IMG/VR virus record: IMGVR_UViG_3300025113_000005 | Location: 1-59,813 of that record | DNA: 59,813 nt | Origin: a virus | Taxonomy: Duplodnaviria > Caudoviricetes | Direction: 5' to 3' (one strand) | In this document: positions 19,457-28,824 of the stretch, one piece after another | Layout of the letters: the number at the start of each line of letters is the position of its first letter | Numbering within the stretch: position 1 is the first letter of the stretch | Position numbers and translations under genes: made by a program | Notes under the pieces: model-generated | Databases searched by the model: none | What the model was told of the DNA's origin: nothing | What the model saw: the letters and a program-made list of their open reading frames with translations, nothing else

Positions 19457-20170
19457 TCAGTCGGCTGTTACAGGATCCGGGACGCTTGCGAACTTCTTGC
19501 CTGAGGCCTGGTAGGCCTTGAAGAGGTCGCGCGACATGTTCAGCAGGAAGTAGTGGATGCCGAGCGCTGCCTGGCGGCGCTGGGTCTCAGGGGTCTGATC
19601 GATGGCCTTCTTGATGTTGTTGGTCACAGTGGCGATGTCAAACGTGATCTCGTTGTCGTAGACCGCGATGAGCTTCTGCAGAAGCGCGGTGTGCTGAGTT
19701 AGAAACTGCGCCACCAACGTGCTGTTGGGAATCCCAACAGGTCCGCCCTGGTTGGCAAAGTGCGCCTTGAAGTTGGCACCTTCGTCCTTCGTGATGACCC
19801 CATCACGAACAAGCTGGTCAGTAACCAGGGTGTTCACCTCGCTCAAGCTGCTGCTCAGCGCGAGGAAGGTCGAGGCCACGAACGCCGCCTCGTTCTTGTC
19901 CTGTACCGTGACGGTGTCTAGGTCCACCGTGTTGTCAGGGTTGTTGAAGAGGTGGCGTACCAGCCCAGTGAAGGTCGTCTTCAACCGCTGCTGCTGAGCA
20001 GGGGTCAGCTTGCGCCACAGGGTCTTCTGCTCCTTCTTGATGCTGCTGAAGTTCGATGACCAACCCGATCGAATGGCGCTGATCAGCTTGCGCAGGCCGG
20101 AGATGATGTCCTCGTCGTCAGCCTCAGCTAGAAACTCTTGAAGGCGTGGAAACTCACGCGGTTGTGACAC
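19457..20170 (-). CDS. hypothetical late protein
   Basis: LQEFLAEA leader; coupled to upstream gene. Confidence 0.6.
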   Translation of the reverse strand: MSQPREFPRLQEFLAEADDEDIISGLRKLISAIRSGWSSNFSSIKKEQKTLWRKLTPAQQQRLKTTFTGLVRHLFNNPDNTVDLDTVTVQDKNEAAFVASTFLALSSSLSEVNTLVTDQLVRDGVITKDEGANFKAHFANQGGPVGIPNSTLVAQFLTQHTALLQKLIAVYDNEITFDIATVTNNIKKAIDQTPETQRRQAALGIHYFLLNMSRDLFKAYQASGKKFASVPDPVTAD

Positions 20171-20978
20171 TGGTGGTCTCCTCAGCTGGGGAGGCCTCAG
20201 CTGGTTCTTCAGCGGCAGGCGGGGCGTTGAGCTTGTCGAACTCCGCTTCCAACGTGTTAAACGCCGCTGAGAGGGCGTCGGTTGCCTCCACTACATCATG
20301 GCCGGCTTCCTCGCAGTTCGTATCGAAGTTGTGGTCGGTGATCTTCATCCAGCCCATCCAGCGCGGTGACTTCACCACCGACTTGATGTCATTGACCTTC
20401 TGGTGCAGGCCGTAGAACTCCTCGGTGAAGTCGGCGCTGTCACCGTAGACCTTGCCTTCTCCAAGCATGGAAGACAGGCGAGGCAGCTTGTGTTCTTCTT
20501 CCTCTGTCTGCTTTCCTGCAAGACCGAGCTGGTAGCCCCTGATGAAGTACCTGTCGTACTTCTTCATCTCGTCATCAGTCAGCGGCGCATGCTTCTTGTT
20601 ATGCACATCTAGGCCAAACCGCCATCCATTGAGCTTGCTGCTCTCGGGGTCGGTGCCTTCAGCGACCTGCGTGACCATGGCCTCGGCCTCGATCATCAGC
20701 TTCTCGACGGCCTTCTTGTACTCCTTGGTGAGCTTGTCCAGCTTCTTGAAGACGGTCAGCCCGTCCTTGTCCTTGACGGTGTCCAGCTTGGTGGCGCCGG
20801 TGTCGTCAGCTAGATCGACCAGCTGCTCGACCTTCTCGCTCAGGTCATTTAGGCAGTCATCGATGACCGACGAGATGCCTTGAAAGTCGGCGGTGGCTGA
20901 GCGCTTGGCGCTGGCTTCAACGAGGGGCTCGTCCAGCTCCAGAAGACCAGTCAGGTCGGATAGGTGGGTAAACTGCAT
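20154..20978 (-). CDS. acidic late protein with multiple (L/V)xE sites (putative head/core protein)
   Basis: LVEA, VAEG, LGEG; TAAATA at 21006-21011. Confidence 0.6.
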   Translation of the reverse strand: MQFTHLSDLTGLLELDEPLVEASAKRSATADFQGISSVIDDCLNDLSEKVEQLVDLADDTGATKLDTVKDKDGLTVFKKLDKLTKEYKKAVEKLMIEAEAMVTQVAEGTDPESSKLNGWRFGLDVHNKKHAPLTDDEMKKYDRYFIRGYQLGLAGKQTEEEEHKLPRLSSMLGEGKVYGDSADFTEEFYGLHQKVNDIKSVVKSPRWMGWMKITDHNFDTNCEEAGHDVVEATDALSAAFNTLEAEFDKLNAPPAAEEPAEASPAEETTSVTTA

Positions 20979-21023
20979 GGGGTGGCTCCGTGTGGCATTG
21001 CTGGCTATTTATGGGAGCGGGCA

Positions 21024-21051
21024 ACAGAAAGGGCCCTCGTTGAGGGCCCTT
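21024..21051 (-). terminator. intrinsic terminator
   Basis: AAGGGCCCTC-AAC-GAGGGCCCTT hairpin followed by T-rich run. Confidence 0.7.
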
Positions 21052-21078
21052 GGTGCGCGCGCTATCTATGCGCTAATG

Positions 21079-21771
21079 CTATAAACCGCGCGGCGCGTGC
21101 AGTGTAAGCTCCTCGTAGTAGCCGAGAAACTCCTCATAGACCACGATCGGCTCCTTGGGCTGGGTGAAGATCTGCAGCTCAGACATGCCCAGTGGGAGCA
21201 GCCGGGTCCAGTTTGCCCCTCGGCTTCGGATGAGGTGGTAGGCCTCGATGGTCAGCGCCACCTGGTCAGCCCAGCGCAGGAAGAGCTCATGCACCGGGGA
21301 CAGCGTTTGCATCCCGAAGGCCTCTCGGATGGCGGTCATCATGACGGCCTCCAGGTGCAGGTAGACCTGCTTGAAGCCGTCGGCCTGCTTGAGCGGGGTC
21401 GGGACATCGACGATGTAGGCCTCAGACGCGTCGTGCATGAGGCACTCCAGCAGCAGCGTCGGCGACGCCAGCTTCTTCAGCAGCTCATAGGCGGCGTCGC
21501 GCAGTTGATCAGCTGACTTTTCGTCGATGAAGGTAAAGAGCGACTGGCGTAGGCCGTGTGGGGCGTCCTTGGCAAAGACCCGCTGCACCAGCTCGGCGAC
21601 GTAGATCGAGTGCTGACCGATCGTGTAGGGGATCGCTGAGACGGTGTGGCCAACGTAGCGCGGCATTCGACTGATTGCCCAGGCGATGTCGCTGATGACG
21701 ATGGTGCTGGGATCGGGGTTGACGAGGTCAACGAAGCGCCCGCTAACGGTCTCGATGGAGGTGGGAGTCAA
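21079..21771 (-). CDS. HD-domain phosphohydrolase (YfbR-like 5'-deoxynucleotidase family)
   Basis: DIAWAISRMPRYVGH, YTIGQHS, LMHDASEAY, DVPTPLK. Confidence 0.85.
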   Translation of the reverse strand: MTPTSIETVSGRFVDLVNPDPSTIVISDIAWAISRMPRYVGHTVSAIPYTIGQHSIYVAELVQRVFAKDAPHGLRQSLFTFIDEKSADQLRDAAYELLKKLASPTLLLECLMHDASEAYIVDVPTPLKQADGFKQVYLHLEAVMMTAIREAFGMQTLSPVHELFLRWADQVALTIEAYHLIRSRGANWTRLLPLGMSELQIFTQPKEPIVVYEEFLGYYEELTLHAPRGL

Positions 21772-22316
21772 GAGCGGTCCTTTCGAAGGGCGAGCAGGCG
21801 AACGTCAGTTCGCCTTGGGTGGTGACGCTTGGGCTCCTGGTAGATCTCGAGATCGCACAGCAGCTCATCAGCGTCGGTGTCTATCTCAACGAGCGAGGTT
21901 CGATCCAGGTGCTTGAAGTCCTGCGCCCAGATGGTGAAGGTGCCTGCGCGGATGAACTTGCGCCAGAGCGCCTGCGAGTACTGCGTGTGCAGGTTACCCG
22001 ATGCCAGCAGCAGGCCGTCGGTGTTGACCGCTGATCGATAGAGCAGCGATGCCAGCCCTCGCCCGCGCTGCTCAGGAAATGTCCAGACAGAGGTGACCTC
22101 CCATGCCTTCCAGCCGGGGCGCTGCCACAGCCATATCCAGGAAGTTGGCCAACCGGCTCGATCAACTGTGTAGTAGAGCTTCAGGTGGGCACCGCTGTCG
22201 ATGCGCCAGACCCCGTCGCGCACGCGCTGACTCTCGATTCGAGCCATGCGGTTGCAGAGATATTCCAGGCCCTGTGACCAGTGAACTCGATTAACGGCGT
22301 TGCGCAGCACGAGCAT
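21768..22316 (-). CDS. GNAT-fold protein
   Basis: VWTFPEQRGRGLASLLY. Confidence 0.7.
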   Translation of the reverse strand: MLVLRNAVNRVHWSQGLEYLCNRMARIESQRVRDGVWRIDSGAHLKLYYTVDRAGWPTSWIWLWQRPGWKAWEVTSVWTFPEQRGRGLASLLYRSAVNTDGLLLASGNLHTQYSQALWRKFIRAGTFTIWAQDFKHLDRTSLVEIDTDADELLCDLEIYQEPKRHHPRRTDVRLLALRKDRS

Positions 22317-22319
22317 AGG

Positions 22320-22529
22320 TCACCACTTGTTTAAGGGACAGGTTGATTGGAGCAGCTTGACCTTTACATCCATGAAGCAGCTGCAGCGAGCGCACTGACG
22401 CGTCAGCTTTCGAAACTCGGGGCAGCTCTCACAGACCTGTAGCCGAGCAGCGGCAAACTCGTCAAGCGCCAGCCTAGGCAGCCGGCCCTGTAGCATACCT
22501 TGGGCGATCTCACGCAGGGACAGGCTCAA
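22320..22529 (-). CDS. small Cys-rich protein
   Basis: RLQVCESCPEF..CARCSCF..CPLNKW. Confidence 0.7.
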   Translation of the reverse strand: MSLSLREIAQGMLQGRLPRLALDEFAAARLQVCESCPEFRKLTRQCARCSCFMDVKVKLLQSTCPLNKW

Positions 22530-22925
22530 TCAGTTTCTCCGTCGGGTCGCACCAGTCATGATGTCCTTCATCAGCTCATCGGTAATCAGCACATCTCCAC
22601 CCTTGTTGTAGGCAGGGGCGGTCGTGAATTTTCGCTCGCGGGCCTTAAGCTCCCGTGCTAGCAGCTCAGGGTTGTCGCGGTACAGCAGCTCAGGGCGCGA
22701 AACCGGCTTGGTGGCACCTCCAACCGTGTACCGGGCAGCACGGGCGCCGACCTCCTGGGGAGTCGTGACTGGCACCTTTCGGACGAAGGTCAGCGTTCTC
22801 GGCTTGATACCGCTTGGCATCGTACACACCCCTTTCAACCAGGCCTCGTACTCTACCTGCTTCTGCTGCCAGCCCGGCTTTCGCTTCGGCTTGGCACACC
22901 TCTCGTGAATGCGAATGATACCCAT
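22530..22925 (-). CDS. basic phage hypothetical protein
   Basis: APAYNKGG motif; TATAAT just upstream. Confidence 0.65.
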   Translation of the reverse strand: MGIIRIHERCAKPKRKPGWQQKQVEYEAWLKGVCTMPSGIKPRTLTFVRKVPVTTPQEVGARAARYTVGGATKPVSRPELLYRDNPELLARELKARERKFTTAPAYNKGGDVLITDELMKDIMTGATRRRN

Positions 22926-22982
22926 TCAACCATTATACCACCCCCATCTGGTAGGTGTGACTAGAGGTTGGTTAGATGGGCG

Positions 22983-23579
22983 TCAGCTAAAGCACAGGTA
23001 CACCAAGATTGACACAACTGCCACCACGACGGTGATCAGCGCCACAAGCGCGCCACCGCTGGGCAGCTCAATCTCTTCAACCTCGTCTTCATCAGGCTGG
23101 TCCCAGAAGACCAGGAACGCCTCACGGCGACGGGTCAGCCCTGCCTCGACGTTCGACCCGGGCGAGCACCACTTGGGATACTCGGCGCGGGCGCCGTCGT
23201 AGTCGCCCTCATTGAGCTTCCGCAGCAGGGTGCTGGGGCTCCCGTCCTTCAGGCGGATGATGCCGTCCTTGCTTGACGAGCCAGGACCGACGTTGTAGAC
23301 GATGTCGACCATCGCGTCGTAGATGCCCTGGGTGATAGGCACCTTCACCTCTTGGCGAATGACGTCCTCGAACCAGAGAACGTCTTCATCGAACCAGTCG
23401 GCGGCCTGGTCCTGCGTACAGGAGTCACCGGCGCACACCCCGCTGGTGTGGCCGTAGCCAATCGTGTAGGGCTCGCCGCCGCTCTTCGGGTCGGGGTAGG
23501 CCTCTAGCTCGCAGCCCTCAAATTCCTGCGTGGTGCCCCTCGCCTCGAGGGACATGCTGAAGGAAGCAGCTGGCTTCAT
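22983..23579 (-). CDS. GH24 lysozyme with C-terminal acidic linker and TM helix
   Basis: FEGCELEAYPD..YTIGYGHT, YNVG, STLLRKLN, GLTRRR. Confidence 0.88.
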   Translation of the reverse strand: MKPAASFSMSLEARGTTQEFEGCELEAYPDPKSGGEPYTIGYGHTSGVCAGDSCTQDQAADWFDEDVLWFEDVIRQEVKVPITQGIYDAMVDIVYNVGPGSSSKDGIIRLKDGSPSTLLRKLNEGDYDGARAEYPKWCSPGSNVEAGLTRRREAFLVFWDQPDEDEVEEIELPSGGALVALITVVVAVVSILVYLCFS

Positions 23580-24391
23580 GGCAGCGGCGTGTAGGCGAAC
23601 CGCTTGACCCATAGGTAGCGCGGGGTCCCGACGGTGGCCGTGCCACCCCAGTTCGTGTTGTTCGTGCCCCAGTGGTTGATGAAGGCGGGGCAGGCGGTGG
23701 TTGGAACGACGGTCGTGTGGTGGGCGACCTCCTCGTCATCCACGAAGAAGGTGATGTCAGTAGGCGTCCAGACGTACTTGTAGTTGTAGAAGCGGGTGTG
23801 CGGCGCCTCGTTCGGGGTGAACTCGTTGTGCTCGTTCGGGTTCGTGTCCCCCTTCCAGCTGGTGAGCTGAATAAGGCGGTTGCGGGAACCACCTTCCACC
23901 TCGATATCAACCTCAGTGAGGGAGCGGGTCGCGTAGTTGAAGAGCCCCGTGATGGAGCCGCTCACTGGCTGGCCGACGGCGTTAGGGGTGGCGGCGGTGG
24001 AGGACGCGCGGGCCGTGAACTCGTAGGTACCGAAACCGAAGCTCTGCTTGGTGGCGATTTCACCACCAATCGAAAGGAAGTCACCACGGTCAACACCTGA
24101 GGTGACCTTCTCCTGCGTCAGCTTCAGGCAGAGCATGCCGTCTTTGATGAAGGCATGGTCGGCTGACCAGGTGCCCTTGTGGGTCTCGTTGCCGCCTGGG
24201 GCAGTCCAGGTTGAAACCGTCCACTTGGTGGTGTCCAGCGTCGAGAAGTCATCGACAAAGGTTGGTTCAGGCTCAGGCTCAGGCTCAGTCACAGGCGGTG
24301 GAGAGGTGATAAGCCCAAGGCGCACGTAGAGCCCAGCGATAAGCGCTACCAGGATAAGCCAAAGGAGGATAAGCAGGGCAGTGGGTGTCAT
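23576..24391 (-). CDS. membrane-anchored GH16 glycoside hydrolase
   Basis: catalytic EVDIE motif, FGFGTYE, WTPTDITFFVD; N-terminal TM. Confidence 0.85.
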   Translation of the reverse strand: MTPTALLILLWLILVALIAGLYVRLGLITSPPPVTEPEPEPEPTFVDDFSTLDTTKWTVSTWTAPGGNETHKGTWSADHAFIKDGMLCLKLTQEKVTSGVDRGDFLSIGGEIATKQSFGFGTYEFTARASSTAATPNAVGQPVSGSITGLFNYATRSLTEVDIEVEGGSRNRLIQLTSWKGDTNPNEHNEFTPNEAPHTRFYNYKYVWTPTDITFFVDDEEVAHHTTVVPTTACPAFINHWGTNNTNWGGTATVGTPRYLWVKRFAYTPLP

Positions 24392-24432
24392 GGAGTCTCC
24401 TGACAGTTGCTAACAGTCGCTATTTAGGATCT

Positions 24433-24777
24433 CTAGCGGATCTGCAGGGGTTCGTTGAGACAGCAGGAAACGAGCCTGTCGTAGACCTCGGGGGCCACGT
24501 TGACGCAGCCATTGGTGATGCCGACGCGGTCAGCTGGGTTTGGTGAGGCAAGGCGCTCGAGGCGTCGCTGCTTGGGGCTGAGCGTCCACACGCGATGGAT
24601 GGCGAAGACGAGGGTGTCGTTTTCAGCAAACTTCACTACGTCACCGCCGTACCCTGGATCGGCGGTAATTCTGAGCCGCATACCAAAATCGCCCTTCGGT
24701 GTCGTCGGCCCGACTAGGACCGGATAACACTGAAGGGCGAAGCAGATTGTGGCAGCTGCTAGGTCTACTACGACCGT
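24433..24777 (-). CDS. L,D-transpeptidase-like protein lacking a canonical start
   Basis: FAIHR..ITNGCVNV; in-frame VVVDLAAATICF..CYPVLVG upstream of the annotated ATG matches paralog 27723-28073. Confidence 0.6.
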   Translation of the reverse strand, partial: TVVVDLAAATICFALQCYPVLVGPTTPKGDFGMRLRITADPGYGGDVVKFAENDTLVFAIHRVWTLSPKQRRLERLASPNPADRVGITNGCVNVAPEVYDRLVSCCLNEPLQIR

Positions 24778-24778
24778 T

Positions 24779-25198
24779 TTACTGCCCCTTCTTCTTGACT
24801 TCTACTTCCTTGATGACTTCCTTGATCACCACCACCGGCTTCTCCACCGTGACCACCTTCTCCGTGACGACCGGTGCAGCGGCTACCCGCTGCGATGGTA
24901 CAACGAAGAGGTATTCACCGCGGCCGTACTTCGGTGACCAGCGGTAGCCGTCACACGTAGTTCCGGCGCAGTCCACCGAGATAGCCCGCGGCCAGATGGT
25001 CGCGGCGGTCGGGTAGCCAGGCATGTACTGCGGGGCGTGGTAGTAGTCAGAACCTGGTCCCACCGATGAGGCGGTCTCAGTTCCTGTCGTTCCCGGCGTT
25101 CCGCTACCTAGCTGCTTGCGACCGAGCTGGATGTCATCAGCGAAAGCAGGAGAGGCGACGACTGCGGCTGCAGCGAGAGCAAGCGCGTAGATCTTCAT
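24779..25198 (-). CDS. secreted protein
   Basis: signal peptide ending AFA; AGGAG RBS. Confidence 0.7.
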   Translation of the reverse strand: MKIYALALAAAAVVASPAFADDIQLGRKQLGSGTPGTTGTETASSVGPGSDYYHAPQYMPGYPTAATIWPRAISVDCAGTTCDGYRWSPKYGRGEYLFVVPSQRVAAAPVVTEKVVTVEKPVVVIKEVIKEVEVKKKGQ

Positions 25199-25220
25199 TT
25201 ACCTTCTCCTTCCGTTCTGG

Positions 25221-25898
25221 TTACTTGAGCGCTGGCAGGCCGAGGCGAGCACGCACGATTGGGTCAGTTCCCTGGTAGCCACCAGCGTCTGTCGTCTTCG
25301 CGCAGTTCACGCAGCTTGAGCCGCCGCCAGTCGGGTTCACCACCGGTGGCGGTGTCGCTGACGGGCAGGTGTAGCCAGTCATCTGCAGCGCAGCGCGGTT
25401 GAGCGGGTCCATGCACATCAGCGCCATCGAGGCCGCCTTCATGCCCATGTTCCACAGCTCACGGCTGTTCTTCAGCAGCTTGCAGTTGTCGTCCGTCCAG
25501 GTGGTACCGATGCCGAGACCGAAGCCAGCTGCGTTGACCGACGCGGAGGTCGAGCCCATGCAGGTGTCGTTTGAGGTCACGAGCGGGGGCCCGTTGACTG
25601 ACGGCACGTTCTTGATCTTCTGGTCGCCCGAGAAGTGGTGATTGACCGTGGAGGTCGTATCGGCTGGCGCGGTGAAGACGTTCGTGCTGTTACCGCCGGT
25701 GTTGCCGACAGAAGCAGCGTTTGATCCGGAGATTGATCCCGATGTAGAACCAGCATCGACTTCTACCCGCGTGCGGTTAGAAGAGTCGTTGGCCGAATTC
25801 GATCCCGAGACTGACGTCGAGCTTGAATTCGCGTTCTGAGCGTAGGCCCCCGTCGTCAGGGCGATGAGACAGCCAATTACGGCGAGGTGCTTCATCAT
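25221..25898 (-). CDS. secreted Ser/Asn-rich, Cys-containing protein
   Basis: signal peptide AYA; DTCMGS..DDNCK..LMC. Confidence 0.7.
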   Translation of the reverse strand: MMKHLAVIGCLIALTTGAYAQNANSSSTSVSGSNSANDSSNRTRVEVDAGSTSGSISGSNAASVGNTGGNSTNVFTAPADTTSTVNHHFSGDQKIKNVPSVNGPPLVTSNDTCMGSTSASVNAAGFGLGIGTTWTDDNCKLLKNSRELWNMGMKAASMALMCMDPLNRAALQMTGYTCPSATPPPVVNPTGGGSSCVNCAKTTDAGGYQGTDPIVRARLGLPALK

Positions 25899-25923
25899 TT
25901 GTTGGGTCCTTTCGTGTGAATTG

Positions 25924-25950
25924 AAAAAGGGGGTGGGAGTTCCACCCCCT
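25924..25950 (-). terminator. intrinsic terminator
   Basis: GGGGTGG/CCACCCC hairpin followed by TTTTT. Confidence 0.65.
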
Positions 25951-25974
25951 CGGGTCTAACTGGTCAGCCGTGAA

Positions 25975-26670
25975 TTACGGGCCGACGGCAACCACACCAC
26001 CTGACAGAGCCACACCAGCCGAGCCAGCGTTGCCGAAGTTGGTGTTCACCAGAACCGCGGCGTTGCCGACTGCACCAGCAGTGTTGAAGCTGTTGGAGCT
26101 GTTGGTGGTCGTGACCGACGCGATGTTCGTGACCGACACCGGGGCCAGCGTCACGAGGCGTGCGGAAGTAGCAACAACTGCGGTTTGGCTGTCGTTGCCA
26201 GAGAGAACAGCGGCGCCGCCGTTCGTGCCAGAGGCAACGAGCTGCGTGTTCTGCGAGGTCGAACCAGCGATTGCACCACCAGTCGGGGCAAGGCCACCAC
26301 CAGTGTCATAGGCGCCGATGCCGAGCGTACTGGCGCTTGACGTGCCACCCGCGACACCGAAGCCAGCGCCTGAACCCGTCGATGAGTTAGCAGCGTAGCT
26401 GAGACCAGTGGTCGTCGACTGACCAGCGAGAGCCACACCACCAGCGGCGGAAGGACCAGCGGTGACGGCGAAGTCACCAGCAGCAACGGTTGCGCTGGAC
26501 ACCTGGGTGGCGCCGGCGACCGAGGTCGAGGTGCCGTTGCCGCTCGAGGTGGCAAACGAACCTGCACCGGTGGCCGACGTTGCGGTACCGACGTTGACGG
26601 CGAACGACTGTGCGAACGCACCACCGGAGAAGGCGGCGAGAACGGCGAGGGAGAGAAGGGTCTTCTTCAT
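25975..26670 (-). CDS. secreted low-complexity Gly/Ala/Ser/Thr protein
   Basis: MKKTLL..AFA signal; mature part almost uncharged; TATAAATA at 26803-26810. Confidence 0.75.
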   Translation of the reverse strand: MKKTLLSLAVLAAFSGGAFAQSFAVNVGTATSATGAGSFATSSGNGTSTSVAGATQVSSATVAAGDFAVTAGPSAAGGVALAGQSTTTGLSYAANSSTGSGAGFGVAGGTSSASTLGIGAYDTGGGLAPTGGAIAGSTSQNTQLVASGTNGGAAVLSGNDSQTAVVATSARLVTLAPVSVTNIASVTTTNSSNSFNTAGAVGNAAVLVNTNFGNAGSAGVALSGGVVAVGP

Positions 26671-26949
26671 GGGGTTTTCCTTTCAAAGGAAGCCATTGGG
26701 ATGTTGGAGCTTACCTGATTATGGCTATCACCAGGGTCGGCAGAGAGTGTGAGAACGAGAGCTACGAGCGCCTTGCGGAGCACCTGCTCTCTTGGCGCAG
26801 CGTATTTATAGAGACGGGTGTTTGTTTCTTCATCCTGTAGTTAGCTGTGGTACATGATCCTCCTCTATCAATTCAGGTTGAAGGCGAGAGATGATCGCTA
26901 ACGTAGGTGTTATTTATCATCTCCTGGCTATTGTAGTCCTTTTTCAGCC

Positions 26950-27726
26950 CTACTTGCACGACTTGTAGGTTGATAGCAGCACCATCTCCCGCAGGTCGGC
27001 TGCGGTGCATAGTCCGCTGACGTTCAACCGCTGCAGGTCAAAGACATTCGTGCCCCGTCCGTTCAACGTCAGCGAGTGAACCCCGGCCACCGAGGTGTAG
27101 CCTAGCTTCGCGAAGGCAGGCAGCAGCGCTGGAAGCGAGTGGCCAAACGGCCAGGCAAATGACACAACTTCCCGGCGTGTGAGATCCTGCAGCGTAAACT
27201 TCGAGAGCAGTGCCTCGCTGATGGCGTCGTTGGGGCTGGGTGGAACGAGGTTGCCGGCAGCGTCCATGAAGTGCGAGTGCGAGTGCGAGCCGATCTCCAT
27301 GCCAGGTATACGTGCTAGGAGCTGCAGCTCCCCTATTGAGAGGTAGCGCGGGTCACTGAAGAACCCAGTCAGCACGTAGAACGTGGCGGTAAGGCTGCGC
27401 TTCTCGAGATCCTGAGCTACCTCGAGGTGCTCCTTCCACCCGTCGTCGAAGGTCAGTACGACCGTTCTTGGTGGAATGGGGCGGTGGTTGACAATGAGGG
27501 CCTGCAGCGCCGCGATGGTGATTGTCGAGTAGCCTTCCTGCTTGAGAACGTCAAGGTGCTCACGCAGGCGGGTCGGCGAGATGACGGTATCGCCAGGCGG
27601 CTTGGAGTCGGTGACCTGGTGGTAGATCAGGACGGGCACCGTGCTTTCCGATGGTGGCCTCTGACTGTAACCTTGAGCCAGAACTGGGAGCGCCAGAAGA
27701 GAGAACAGCAACGCGACGAGCTTCAC
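26950..27726 (-). CDS. secreted polysaccharide deacetylase (NodB/CE4, PgaB/IcaB-like)
   Basis: PVLIYH, LTFDDG, GSHSHSH, FAWPFG, LQRLNV. Confidence 0.9.
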   Translation of the reverse strand: MKLVALLFSLLALPVLAQGYSQRPPSESTVPVLIYHQVTDSKPPGDTVISPTRLREHLDVLKQEGYSTITIAALQALIVNHRPIPPRTVVLTFDDGWKEHLEVAQDLEKRSLTATFYVLTGFFSDPRYLSIGELQLLARIPGMEIGSHSHSHFMDAAGNLVPPSPNDAISEALLSKFTLQDLTRREVVSFAWPFGHSLPALLPAFAKLGYTSVAGVHSLTLNGRGTNVFDLQRLNVSGLCTAADLREMVLLSTYKSCK

Positions 27727-28073
27727 TTGATGAGTACCTCAGCGTCAGAGCAGCAGTCGATGAGCAGGTCCATGACATCAGGCTGGATGTTCACGCAGCC
27801 CGCGGTGACCTTGATTCGTGAATCGGCGCTTGGTGAGAGCAGCCGAGTTGGGCGGTTTTGCCCAGGAACATCGATGACTGGGTGAATGCCCCAGAGCTCA
27901 GTGGCCGTCTCCTGAAAGACCAGGATGTTGCCGCCATAGCCAGGAGTGGTGGTGGAGTAGTGCGTCAGGCGAAAGTTGCCACGCGGCGTTGCCTCACCGA
28001 CCAGTGCAGGGTAGCACTGGCCAGCGAAGCAGATGAGCGCCGCCGCGAGGTCAATGAACACGTGCGCAAACAC
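27723..28073 (-). CDS. L,D-transpeptidase-like protein
   Basis: TPRG..GIH..VTAGCVNI. Confidence 0.65.
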   Translation of the reverse strand: MFAHVFIDLAAALICFAGQCYPALVGEATPRGNFRLTHYSTTTPGYGGNILVFQETATELWGIHPVIDVPGQNRPTRLLSPSADSRIKVTAGCVNIQPDVMDLLIDCCSDAEVLIK

Positions 28074-28081
28074 GCTTCACC

Positions 28082-28342
28082 TTAGCCCTTCTTCTTTTTC
28101 TTGGGTGGTTCAGGAAGTGGAGCAGGTCTCGGCACCGAAGCCGCTGGTGCCGGAGCGGCAAGCGCCTTCGGTACAGCGGCCGGCGGAGGTGCTGGGGCGA
28201 CCTGTACCACTGCTGGTGGGGGTGGGGGTGGAGGCTCGTAGCTGACAGCAGCAAGTCCTGCTCCGAAGAGCCCCGCACCGACAACGGGCCAGCGCATCGC
28301 AAAGTTCACGATCAGCGCGTTACCGGTAACTGGCATCGTCAT
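28082..28342 (-). CDS. small membrane, Pro-rich protein
   Basis: TM helix, PPPPPPP run, KKKKG tail; AAGGAG RBS. Confidence 0.6.
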   Translation of the reverse strand: MTMPVTGNALIVNFAMRWPVVGAGLFGAGLAAVSYEPPPPPPPAVVQVAPAPPPAAVPKALAAPAPAASVPRPAPLPEPPKKKKKG

Positions 28343-28354
28343 GGCGATGGCTCC

Positions 28355-28798
28355 TTATTTTCTGGCACCGTCCCAGCCGAACCAGTAGCTGGCATAGACC
28401 TGGACGATGGTGCCGTCGGCGTTGCTGCCCTTGAAGTACTTCTGGTAGACGCCCTGGACACCGAGGTCCACGGTGCCGTTGTCGAAGTACCGCGTCATCT
28501 TCACACCGATGGCAGGGGTGACGTAGTTGTTGTAGACCAACCCTTCGCTGTCAACAGTGTAGCTGGCAGCAATGTAGGTGTTGAGAGCCCACTCCTTGCG
28601 CTCACCGAAGCGAGCCCAGATGGCGCCCTGTTCGATGCGTCCTTGGTAGAGCAGGTTCTCGCGGTCAGCGCCCTGCGTACCTGACGGGTACGAGAGCACG
28701 CCCCAGGTGGAGCCCGGCAGCGCCAGTGGCTTGAGGCCCTCGGCGAGGGCAGAGGTGGAGGCCATCACGATGGCCGAAGCAAGCAGCAGCTTCTTCAT
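28355..28798 (-). CDS. putative outer-membrane beta-strand protein
   Basis: signal peptide; alternating aromatic strands; C-terminal YASYWFGW. Confidence 0.6.
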   Translation of the reverse strand: MKKLLLASAIVMASTSALAEGLKPLALPGSTWGVLSYPSGTQGADRENLLYQGRIEQGAIWARFGERKEWALNTYIAASYTVDSEGLVYNNYVTPAIGVKMTRYFDNGTVDLGVQGVYQKYFKGSNADGTIVQVYASYWFGWDGARK

Positions 28799-28824
28799 TT
28801 CAAATTTCCTTTAGGAGTTGAGGG

